From assembly GCA_002269645.1 (NCBI GenBank), contig NIVC01000781.1:1-64000 (forward strand): a DNA stretch of 64,000 nt, given 5' to 3'. Source of the stretch: Macrostomum lignano (lineage: Eukaryota). Below, piece after piece: positions 26,995-38,146 of the stretch; the first letter of the stretch is position 1, and every line of letters begins with the position of its first letter. Under the pieces are notes generated by a model. It was not told where the DNA came from and searched no databases. It was given only the letters and a program-made list of their open reading frames with translations. The position numbers and the translations under genes are program-made.

Positions 26995-28450
26995 TTAGTT
27001 TATTTATTTACTGGCTTTTAGAGCTAATTTTAGTTTGAGTTTTAGTTACTAATTAGATGACGAGGCAGAAATTGAATCAAATTTACTCCGGCCGTTTACC
27101 TGTTTATAGCAAAATTCAAATTCAAAATTTGAAAAAGTTAGCATCCTTTGTTAATACTTTACTTTTGCGTTTTTTACTTTCATTTTAGCCTTGCGGTTTG
27201 ATTCCCTCAATATTGCAATAGTTAATCTGCATGGACTAATCCTTTTTAATAACTATATGCGGCATTCTTGTTATTATATTATTATTTATACATACTAACA
27301 GTAGTATGTACATTTATATATCGCGTTTTGTTATAATTTTTATCTTGAAATTGAATACAATTGCTACTACTGCTAGCCTATTATTACAAAGCTACTGTTA
27401 GTAATACATGCGTTGTGGTCATCTTTTCATCATTTCGTTTGTTCATCCGTTATCAATGTTCTATATGTATAAAAATTAACTCATTTTGTTTTAATGAATA
27501 ATTTTTTTTCTAAGACTGTTCTGTCAGGATTTTGTTGGATTTTAGTTATAAATATTGTATTGTTTTAAATATTTATAATAGATAAAAATTGCTTTATTTA
27601 CAATGCTTCATCAAGCATTCGATTGGTTTAATTTTATTATTATGCATTCTTCTACCAAAATAGTGTGCATATCTCCTACTTATACTAGTAGGGATAGTTA
27701 GAAATTTTTCTTCAGCACAAAATTCTAGCATTTTTGTTGCCATTGTGTGTACAGATGTTATTCTACCTGAAAATAATGTGATACGTGGATATAGTGTGAG
27801 CTAATGTTCACAATTATTATTATATCCCTATATAGAATAATTAGAAAAAAAGCAATTTGCTGCAATAATGCAATCATACTACTGCTCTACTACTGTCTCT
27901 CTGTGCTTGCTTTAACTAGCAGCGCTTAGTCGTCTTTGTTCCCCGTTTCCAGCTATGTACCGTGCCTGCCGCATTAAATGTTAAAATTATTCATTAAATT
28001 AGCACATTCTGTTTAGTGCTTTTTGTTATTCATATTATTATATATCATTCTATTCATGAAAAATAAAATTCGCACGGATGCCTGGTCATTTCTTACTGGC
28101 TACTGAAAAAAGCAGAAATCCAAAGTGTCCTTGGTTATTAGTCATTTTTTGAAGTTAAAATATTTACCAATACAATTATTAATGCTTCTTAGAATATAGG
28201 CTAGCAGTGAAAGTACGCTTACAAGTAGGCGGACTCTAAAAAAACACGTTAAGTTAAAAAGTACGCGTGCACTTTTTTAGTACGCGTGCACTTTTTTAGT
28301 ACAATTGATCAAGTACGCAAGCACTAATTAAATACGCGTACATAACCTGCACCAAATACATGAGTGCGTGTGTACCTAAAATTCAAGTACATTAGCACTA
28401 AGCACAAGTATACGCTAAAGGTACGGTTAAAGTACTCGTGCACTTTTCAG

Positions 28451-30553
28451 CAGGAATTGTCCGAGTTTAGCCTGCCGGAGACGGAGCGGTCCAACCCGCT
28501 GACTACCGACATCGATCGCAGCCCGGACCCGGCCGGACTGCTGCACCAGGTCGATCAGCTGCTGCTGGCCGACTTGCGCCAACAGGCTGTCCTGTTGGAT
28601 GTCCAGCTCGACCGGCTGGCCGGCGTTATGGCCGACACTGTCGCTTCCGATGGCGTTGTCGTCCTGTCCGGCTGCGGCACCAGCGGCCGGCTGGCGACTT
28701 TGTGCTGCGCCGTGGCCAATCGGCAACTTCGACTGCGTCAATTGCCGGCCGCATTTCGGCCGTGCCTGGCCGGCGGTCGGTCGGCTTTCGCCGCGTCGGT
28801 CGAACCGGCCGAGGACGCCGCAGGAGAGGGCGTCGCGGAATTGCTTGCGTTGCTAGGGAACAAGGACAAAAGCAGCAAATCGCTTCTAGTCGGTGTCAGC
28901 TGCGGCCTGTCCGCCCCGTTCGTGCTCGGCCAGGTCGGCTTGTGCCTCGGCCGGCCAGACCTGGGCGCCTATCCCGCTCTGATCGGCTTCAACCAAGTTG
29001 GCGACGTGCGCGCCGATCGAGTCGACGGACTGCCCTGGCCGGGCGGGTGTCGCGCGGTTGCTAAACGACTGGCGGAGGCCGACAATGTCGACCGGGGATT
29101 GCTAATTAATCCGTCTATTGGTGTGAGGGAAAGATTATTAAAAGTACTTAAAAAGTGCAAGGTGTACTCAAGTTTGAACGCAAGTGAGATTACGCCTTAG
29201 CGTACATTTGCACTTTTGAATAGGCACCTTTATCTGAAAATTCACTTTTAATGGGTTTATACTGACTCATGAAAGACCATAAAAAGTAGCTTATAAAAAG
29301 TGCATCTAAACTTAATGTTACGAGGGTCCTACAAGTAAAATTTTGTCATTCAAATGTCCCTTTAAATATCAAATATCTAATGCTTCTATATAAAGGGCGC
29401 GTGCGCACTTATGCTATGGTTTATAAAAGTACACATGTAAAGTACAAAATTTAGAATTTCGTCCTGCCTACAATCGTACTTTTGTCTAGTTTTGTTCGTG
29501 CGCCTTCAAAAAATAAAAGTACATTTGATTAGTACATCAGCATCCGCGCAGGCCGAGGCGATCGCAGGTTCGAGTCGGATGAAAGGCGGCACGGCGACTT
29601 TGATCCTGCTGTTCCACGCTGTCGGCAGAATGCTGGCTAATCTCGAGCCGTCAGCTGATCACTCGGTTGCTAGGGGCTGGCTATCGATTTCTGAGCATTT
29701 GGACCTGCTGGACCGGCTGTTGGAATCTGTGAAAGAAGGCGGCGCAGTTTTGAACGACTGGATGGCGCACTTTGGCGACAGTGTCGGCGTCAATGGTGAC
29801 GGCGTTGTCTACGCTTTCGACAATGCCCTCAGCTCCGCCATGGCCGCCATCGACGCCTCCGAGTGTCCGCCAACTTTCGGCGCCTCGGCCGGCGACGTTC
29901 GCGCAATTGGCGACAGTCACGTTGAAGAGTTTCTGGCCGCTATTCCATTGGTTGCTAGAGACGCAGCTATGGTTGCTAAGGAAGCTGAAACGTTAGCTGA
30001 ACCGGTGAATACTGAGAAGGCAGTTGCTACGGACGCTATCGGCTTTGCTCTGACAAGTCCAACTCTCCGATTAGACATTCCAGCCCGAGTCAGCCGCAGC
30101 GTAGCCTTACGGTTGCCTAGCAACCAGCTCAGCGCTATCGTCTACAATGCCGATCTGACTTTGGATCTCTCCTGGCTACCAAACGATCCACTCTGGCTAG
30201 ACTATGCCGGTGTCATAGCAACCAAGCTGACGCTTAATCGCCTATCAACGGGTGGTTTCGTTCGAGCCGGCAAGACGTTCGGCAATCGCATGGTCTGCCT
30301 GCAGCCCTCCAACAGCAAGTTGGCCGACAGAGCGGCTCGGCTTGTCGCTTCCGCAGCTGGCGTGGGACTGACCGAAGCTCGCGCCGCTCTGACGAGGTTC
30401 GGCGAACCACCCGCTGGACAGATGTCGTCTAAGACGGTGTCCCCGGTGGCTGGAGCGGTGCTGCTGCTTCGCCGACCCGAGCTGAGCGTCTCCGAGGCGC
30501 GCCAACTGTTGGCGGACTGCGGTGGGCGACTGAGCGACCTGCTGGTCACTTGA
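28451..30553 (+). CDS. GCKR: Glucokinase regulatory protein-like (two SIS domains, MurQ-related), 2 exons
   Basis: Exons 28451-29122 and 29552-30553 (phase 0). Motifs TERSNP, GCGTSGRL, GVSCGLSAPFV, GSSRMKGGTAT, DASECPPTFG, LNRLSTGGFVRAGK.FGNRM..L..SNSKL match the GCKR/MurQ family. There is no in-frame ATG after the TTTTCAG acceptor until 28628, so the 5' end is unresolved. Confidence 0.88.
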
Positions 30554-31145
30554 TAGTCACGTGACTTTGACTGAGCAATTTGAACAAATTCTCTTTGAAT
30601 CATTCCGTGAATGAGCTTAGAATTATTTGGCGATTTCCCGGTCAATTTATTTATTTGCGCCTAATCACGGTAACAATTTTACAAGTTTTAGTAATTTTTT
30701 ACTAACAGACTTTTGATTTTACTTTATTTGAACACCATTTTTGATTGAAAATGAATATAACAGCAATCGGTGCAAACTGATTTTATTTGCATAATTTTTT
30801 TCGATATTATTTTTACTTTTAAATAATTATCAACCCTTAGATTAAGTGTCCATCATACATTTCATAAGTGAAAACTATGAAATCATTTTGAAGCACATTT
30901 GCGCGTCAGCTACTGCTAGTAGAAATATATACATTTTATAGTATTTTTACTGCCAGGACTATAAAACATTTGTTCGAAGTTGTAGCTATTTGCGCATTAG
31001 GATTAGGATCCAGTATCCTTATATTTAGGCTTGCTAGATTTGACATTTCCAACATTTCCCAGCTAATGCAAATCTGCAGTATTCGGAATTTCACTCCCAA
31101 TTGGTGCTTAAAAAGCGCTGGTGCGGCGTGCACTCGCCGCGTCAG

Positions 31146-31243
31146 CCAATGATAGAGCGTCCGCCTGCCCGGGTTCGAATCCTCAAACCAACAGTTCGCC
31201 TGATTGGCCAATTGGCGTTGAGAGCCGAGCTAAGTCACGTGAC
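31146..31243 (+). promoter_or_regulatory. CCAAT/ATTGG boxes and a GTCACGTGAC E-box at the TERT 5' end
   Basis: CCAAT 31146-31150, ATTGGCCAATTGG 31203-31215, GTCACGTGAC 31234-31243. An identical 10-mer lies at 30556-30565. Function is inferred only. Confidence 0.35.
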
Positions 31244-31682
31244 TGGCTATCGATCGATCTGTCAGGAGATCGAAGCGGCCTACGCTTCGACTGGTCGGGC
31301 CTTCCTAAGCCGCTGGGTTCGCCACCATCGAGTTCGGGATGGCAAACCGTTGAATCCCACGCCGCAATTTGAAGTGGCCGAACTGGCGCGGCGCCTGCTG
31401 GAGCTCACTGTGCGGCCGAGCTGTCAAGGACTGCTAGCCGCTGGCGGGGACTCTTGGCCAGCCGTTGCTAGACTGCTGCGGTACTATGTTGGCCTGAGTG
31501 TTGGCTCAGCTGCCAGGCTGGGTATTTGGCTGGAGGGAGAGCGGCTGGGTGGCCAACAGCGATCGAGACGGCGGCGGCGACGACGGCGGAGGCTGGAGGA
31601 CGGGCAGGACCAGAATGGCAACGGGAGGTGAGAGGCATCGAGGCTGCTGCATTTCAATTAGTTTTTATGTTTGCACATTTAA

Positions 31683-31750
<68 letters not shown>

Positions 31751-31767
31751 CGATAGACAGACAGACC

Positions 31768-31805
<38 letters not shown>

Positions 31806-34739
31806 GACAGACAGACAGAGACAGACAGACAGACAGACAGCTGAAATGACATTAAAAAATTTGTGTCGAATTCATTACTGTTAATACTATACTACTACAG
31901 GGCCGCCAACTCCGGGAACTTGGATCCTGGCCAGCATCAGCTGCATCAAGCCGCAGCGCACGCCATCATCTACGTGTCTATTCGTCATCTTCTTTGTCCG
32001 GCCCTGCGCAGCCTGTTCCACGCTACCACATCTTCTCCTGGCTCCACCGGCGATTGCCTCTATTATCGCAAGCGCGCCTGGTACGGCGCCCTGAAAAGCG
32101 CGCTAGCCGATTTGCATCGCCGAGGCGTACTGGCGCGCCAGCCGACTCCAGTGCGGCGCTTACTAGATGGCGCCTATCTGGGACTGGGTCACCTGCGGCT
32201 TGTCCCAAAGCAGTCCGACTCCACCGGAAGTGGCAGTTTCCGGCCTCTCTGCGTCTTCCCCGCCGCTGTGCCCGCAGCCGGCGCCCTGCTGCGCTGCGGC
32301 TCGTTGAACCGGCGCTTGAGCGACCTGCTGAACGTCCTGCGGCGCCTGTGCCCGCCGCGTCGGTCGCGACAGTCGATGCTGCGCCGGCTGTTGGATTATT
32401 TTCAGCGGCATCGGGACGCTGCGATGGAGGGTGAAAATCAATTTTAATCTAACAAAAAACCCGCCCGAACTCCTCCCCGAAATTCGCCCCCAAATCCACT
32501 TCCAAATTCACCCTCAAATCCGCCTCCAAATCCGCTCTTAAATCCGCCTCTCAATCCGCCCCCAAATCCTCCCCTAAATCTGCTTCTAAATCCGCCCTCA
32601 AATCTACCCCTAAGTCCGCCTCTAAATCCGGCCCCAAATCCGCCCCCAGATCTGCCCTTAAATCCACCCCTAAATCCGCCCCCAAATCCGCTCTCAAATA
32701 CGCCTCTAAATCCTCCCCTAAACCCGCCCTCAAATCCACCCCTAAATCCGCCCCCAAATCCGCTCTCAAATACGCCTCTAAATCTTCCCCTAAACCCGCC
32801 CTTAAATCCGCCCCCAAATCCCCCCTAAATCCGTTCCTAAATCCACCCTTAAATCCACCCCTAAATTCGCCCTCAAATCCGCCCTCAAATCCGCCCCCAA
32901 ATCTGCCCTTAAATTCGCCCTTAAATTCGCCCCTAAATCCGCTCCTAAATCGTCCCCACATCCGCCCCCAGATCCGCCCCTAAATCCGCCCTCAAATCCG
33001 CCCCAAACTGCACCGCCCCACCTCACAGCCGGCGGCTTCAGCCTGATCCGCCTGGACGTGAGTCGCTGCTTCGACTCCATCGATCATCGCCGCCTGCTGA
33101 CTGTCTTCAACGAAGCCGCCGCTGCCGACGCCACTGCCGCAGCGGTGCAGCCGACGACTCCGGCGATGGTGGAAAGAGCCCGTCAGCTGCTTGAACGAAT
33201 GCTGCACCGGCCGGAGGAGGAATCAGAGCCAGTTATTCAGACCAGCGGAGTTCACCTGCGAGTTGGCGACAATTTCTACCAGCTGACCAGGGGCCTGCCG
33301 CAGGGCGCCTCCGTGTCGCCGCTGCTGTGCCACCTGTACTTGGCCAGCTGCGAGCGCGGCTACCTGACGCTGACTGACTCGCTAGAAGCTGGCGATCTCG
33401 GCGATGATGGAAGAGCGCCTCAGAATGATACCGGGCGCCGGCGACCGGACGAACTCCTGCTGTTGAGGTGGGGATTCAGCTGTGTTCCATGTCACACCTG
33501 AGTCCCATCGCACACCTGAGTCAGGGGGGCCGTAGCCCAGCGGTCTAGCGCAGGCTCTGGTGTGCCAGCGACCCAGGCTCGATTCCAAGTGCAGTCCCAT
33601 TAATTTGGGGCTGAATTTGAATCTCGGCTTGGCTCTGCTCGTGCAATTAACGGCCTTGAGAGCCAACCCCCCAAGGCGCAGTGAAGTGTACATGCCTAAC
33701 GATAAAATAAAGTTAGGGCCGCTGTACACTCCTGTGTGAGTGTGTGCCTGCGTACGTATCCGCGCGCTTGTATGCCTGCTCAGGGGAGTCGGCGGAATGG
33801 GCAGTAATGCCTCTCGCCGGTTGTGTGCCTATGTCGCTTAAAGTGCGCCAGGGTGCACACAACCCCCCTGCCTCTACTGTAATAAAAAAAAATAATCGCA
33901 CACCTGAGTCCCATCTCACACATGAGCCCCATCTCACACCTGAGTCCCATACCACACCTGAGTCCCATCTCACACCTGCAATTATCTTACACTTACAGTA
34001 GATCCCATCTCACTCCTAGAGCAGATCCCATCTCACACCTACAGTAGACACCTACTGTAGATCCCATCTCACTCCTAGAGCAGATCCCATCTCACTCCTA
34101 GAGCAGATCCCATCTCACACCTACTGTAGACACCTACTGTAGATCCCATCTCACTCCTAGAGCAGATCCCATCTCACTCCTAGAGCAGATCCCAACTCAC
34201 TCCTAGAGCAGATCCCATCTCACTCCTAGAGCAGATCCCATCTCACACCTACAGTAAATCCCATTCCACACCTAGATTCCGTCCCACATCTATATCTCAT
34301 CCCACGCCTAGATCCTATCTCACATCTGTCTCGCTCTGAACATCCAATGTAACACTCTAAAAAGCTATCTCGTAATCTTACCCTGTATGCCATCTCCAAT
34401 CCCACACCTGATCCCCATCCCAGGTACGCAGACGACTACCTCCTGGCCGGCACCCGGCCAGCTGCCACCGCTCGGCTCCTCCGCAAGCTGAACGCCGCCC
34501 TGTCCCGGCTCGGCTTGTCGGCCAATCGATCCAAACTCCGCCTGACCGGGCCCGTTGCCAACTGTCTCTATGGCAACGGTGGCAACGGTGGTTGTCAAGG
34601 CGATTCCAGCGGCGGCGGCAGCGTTGACTGGCTCGGCTGGCGGCTGACTGCTTGCGGCGGCGTCACCTCGGCAACTGCGGGGGACGCCAGCGCCGAGCTG
34701 TCGGATCGGTGCGTCTGTCTGTCTGTCTGTCCGTCTGTC

Positions 34740-34774
<35 letters not shown>

Positions 34775-34792
34775 CTGTCTGTCCGTCTGTCC

Positions 34793-34826
<34 letters not shown>

Positions 34827-34836
34827 GTGTCCGTCC

Positions 34837-34878
<42 letters not shown>

Positions 34879-35687
34879 ATATTTGTCTGTCTTTTCTATT
34901 ATAAGTAGTGTACTTTTAACTACTGACGTAATTGGCTTTTTTAAATCCTACGGCAGCTACTGCCGCTTCTCCGGCCCCGGCCTGGACTCTGCCGGCGTCC
35001 TGCGCCGACTCCAACGGTTCGCCATTGTCAGCGGGCCGCTCGCTTCGCTGCTGCCGCTGCTCAGCCGGCCGGACAGTCCGGCCACCGAGCTGGCCGTCAA
35101 CGCGTCCGACGCCGGCCGAGCGTTCGCCAGGCGGTTGCGCCGGCTGGTGAAGACCAGCCCGCACCGGGTGCGGCTGCTGGCTGCCCCGGAGCTGGCATGG
35201 GCGGCCAGCCGCTGCCTCATGAGACTGGCCGGCAGGGTAGACCGGCGCGCCGAACTCTGGCGCCGGCGCTTGGCGCTGCAGGTGCGACCGATGACTGCCT
35301 TCTGTCTTCCTTTCTCTTTTGCTTCTCCTGCTACTATTCCACTGCTAATCCGCTGATAATCCGCTGCTAATCCGCTGCTAATTCACTGCTAATCCACTGC
35401 TAATCCGCTGATAATCTGCTGCTAATCCGCTGCTAATTCACTGCTAGTCCACTGCTAATCCGCTGATAATCCGCTGCTAATCCGCTGCTAATTCACTGCT
35501 AGTCCACTGCTAATCCGCTGATAATCCGCTGCTAATCCGCTGCTAATCCCACCGACAGGCGGCGTACACGGCGGCTCGCGATCATTTGCGCCCTTATGCT
35601 GGCGAATTCGCCCAGGTGCTGGCCAGAATGCGCCTCTGCTACCTGGCCAGAATGCGACGGTTGGCCGATCAGCTCAGGCCGCTCTGA
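31149..35687 (+). CDS. TERT: Telomerase reverse transcriptase, 6 exons, about 745 aa
   Basis: Exons 31149-31627, 31901-32430, 33029-33467, 34424-34708, 34906-35281, 35559-35687, all GT-AG with matching phases (2,1,2,2,0), total 2238 nt. Motifs in order: T-like (LRSLFHATT...YYRKRAW), 1 (LRLVPK), 2 (FRPL), A ([12 protein letters not shown]), B' ([17 protein letters not shown]), C (LLLR|YADDYLL), D (GLSANRSK), E (WLGWRL), then a CTE. The start codon is uncertain. Confidence 0.93.
31684..31840 (+). repeat. (GACA)n microsatellite in TERT intron 1
   Basis: Read directly. Confidence 0.93.
32460..33020 (+). repeat. About 12-bp degenerate repeat (AAATCCGCCCCC)n in TERT intron 2
   Basis: Read directly. 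Confidence 0.9.
33523..33894 (+). mobile_element. tRNA-derived SINE (family A), full length, in TERT intron 3
   Basis: tRNA-like head (A-box TAGCCCAGCGG, B-box GGCTCGATTCC) and an A-rich tail. 16-bp target-site duplication ATCGCACACCTGAGTC at 33507-33522 and 33895-33910. A near-identical copy lies at 44533-44896. Confidence 0.92.
33895..34300 (+). repeat. Minisatellite (CCCATCTCACTCCTAGAGCAGAT-type) in TERT intron 3
   Basis: Read directly. Confidence 0.85.
34715..34890 (+). repeat. (GTCT)n microsatellite in TERT intron 4
   Basis: Read directly. Confidence 0.93.
35340..35550 (+). repeat. 11-bp repeat (CCGCTGCTAAT)n in TERT intron 5
   Basis: Read directly. Confidence 0.9.
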
Positions 35688-35784
35688 ACCGCGCCTCAGG
35701 CTGCTGCTGCTTTGCTACTCGGACATGGGATCGAAGCCTTCTTACGAGTATCTGAATGTCAGCTCACCCCTTTGCTAATTCTCC

Positions 35785-38146
35785 TGTCCCTCTCCCCTGT
35801 GCCACTCTCCCCTGTGCCACTCTCCCCTGTGCCACTCTCCCCAGTGCCACTCTCTCCTGTGCCACTCTCCCCTGTGCCACTCTCCCCTGTGCCACTCTCC
35901 CCTGTGCCACTCTCTCCTGTGCCACTCTCCCCTGTGCCACTCTCTCTCCCTGTGCCACTCTCTCTCCCCTGTGCCACTCTCTCTCCCTGTGCCTTCTCTC
36001 TCTCTCTCCCCTGTGCCACTCTCTCTCCCTGTGCCACTCTCTTTCCCCTGTGCCACTCTCCCCTGTGCCACTCTCTCTCCCTGTGCCACTCTCTTTCCCC
36101 TGTGCCACTCTCCCCTGTGCCACTCTCCCCCTGTGCCACTCTCCCCTGTGCCACTCTCCCCCTGTGCCACTCTCCCCTATGCCACTCTCTCCCCTGTGCC
36201 ACTCTGTATCCCTGTGCCACTCTCTCTCCCCTGTGCCACTCTCTTCCCTGTGCCACTCTCCCCTGTGCCACTCTCCCCTGTGCCACTCTCCCCCTGTGCC
36301 ACTCTCTCTCCCTGTGCCACTCTCTTTCCCCTGTGCCACTCTCCCCTGTGCCACTCTCCCCCTGTGCCACTCTCCCCTGTGCCACTCTCCCCTGTGCCAC
36401 TCTCCCCCTGTGCCACTCTCCCCTGTGCCACTCTCCCCTGTGCCAATCTCCCCCTGTGCCACTCTCCCCTGTGCCACTCTCCCCTGTGCCACTCTCCCCC
36501 TGTGCCACTCTCCCCTGTGCCACTCTCCCCCTGTGCCACTCTCCCCTGTGCCACTCTCCCCTGTGCCAATCTCCCCCTGTGCCACTCTCCCCTGTGCCAC
36601 TCTCCCCTGTGCCACTCTCCCCCTGTGCCACTCTCCCCCTGTGCCACTCTCTTTCCCCTGTGCCACTCTCCCCTGTGCCACTCTCTCTCCCTGTGCCACT
36701 CTCTTTCCCCTGTGCCACTCTCCCCTGTGCCACTCTCCCCTGTGCCACTCTCCCCCTGTGCCACTCTCCCCTGTGCCACTCTCCCCCTGTGCCACTCTCC
36801 CCTATGCCACTCTCTCTCCCCTGTGCCACTCTCTATCCCTGTGCCACTCTCTCTCCCCTGTGCCACTCTCTTCCCTGTGCCACTCTCCCCTGTGCCACTC
36901 TCCCCTGTGCCACTCTCCCCCTGTGCCACTCTCTCTCCCTGTGCCACTCTCTATCCCTGTGCCACTCTCTCTCCCCTGTGCCACTCTCCCCCTGTGCCAT
37001 TCTCCCCCTGTGCCACTCTCCCCTGTGCCACTCTCCCCCTGTGCCACTCTCTCTCCCTGTGCCACTCTCCCCTGTGCCACTCTCCCCTGTGCCACTCTCC
37101 CCCTGTGCCACTCTCTCTCCCTGTGCCACTCTCTTTCCCCTGTGCCACTCTCCCCTGTGCCACTCTCCCCCTGTGCCACTCTCCCCTGTGCCACTCTCCC
37201 CCTGTGCCACTCTCCCCTGTGCCACTCTCTTTCCCCTGTGCCACTCTCCCCTGTGCCACTCTCCCCCTGTGCCACTCTCTTTCCCCTGTGCCACTCTCCC
37301 CTGTGCCACTCTCCCCCTGTGCCACTCTCCCCTGTGCCACTCTCCCCTGTGCCAATCTCCCCCTGTGCCACTCTCCCCTGTGCCACTCTCCCCTGTGCCA
37401 CTCTCCCCCTGTGCCACTCTCCCCCTGTGCCACTCTCCCCTGTGCCACTCTCTCTCCCTGTGCCACTCTCTTTCCCCTGTGCCACTCTCCCCTGTGCCAC
37501 TCTCCCCTGTGCCACTCTCCCCCTGTGCCACTCTCCCTGTGCCACTCTCCCCCTGTGCCACTCTCCCCTATGCCACTCTCTCTCCCCTGTGCCACTCTCT
37601 ATCCCTGTGCCACTCTCTCTCCCCTGTGCCACTCTCTTCCCTGTGCCACTCTCCCCTGTGCCACTCTCCCCTGTGCCACTCTCCCCTGTGCCACTCTCCC
37701 CCTGTGCCACTCTCTCTCCCTGTGCCACTCTCTATCCCTGTGCCACTCTCTCTCCCCTGTGCCACTCTCCCCCTGTGCCACTCTCCCCCTGTGCCACTCT
37801 CCCCTGTGCCACTCTCCCCCTGTGCCACTCTCTCTCCCTGTGCCACTCTCTTTCCCCTGTGCCACTCTCCCCTGTGCCACTCTCCCCCTGTGCCACTCTC
37901 CCCTGTGCCACTCTCCCCCTGTGCCACTCTCCCCTGTGCCACTCTCCCCTGTGCCACTCTCCCCCTGTGCCACTCTCCCCTGTGCCACTCTCCCCTGTGC
38001 CACTCTCCCCCTGTGCCACTCTCCCCTGTGCCACTCTCCCCCTGTGCCACTCTCTCTCCCCTGTGCCACTCTCCCCTGTGCCACTCTCCCCTGTGCCACT
38101 CTCCCCTGTGCCACTCTCCCCTGTGCCACTCTCCCCTGTGCCACTC
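35785..38146 (+). repeat. 15-17-bp minisatellite (CCCTGTGCCACTCTC)n, about 2.4 kb, just downstream of TERT
   Basis: Read directly; explains the 740-816-aa artefact ORFs. Confidence 0.97.

Noticed and set aside
28078-28152. Short ORF MPGHFLLATEK... as a GCKR first exon (the start resembles vertebrate MPG)
   Set aside because: No good phase-0 donor, and it sits right after the putative ZnF poly(A) signal. Not fully excluded.
33680-33730. Twister or hammerhead ribozyme in SINE family A (GCCTAAC...GATAAAA...AGGG)
   Set aside because: The twister P4 and pseudoknot elements are missing, and there is no CUGANGA/GAAA core on either strand.
35688-35760. In-frame coding-like sequence after the TERT stop (possible readthrough)
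   Set aside because: The last exon already resembles the end of known CTEs, and the extension runs into a minisatellite.
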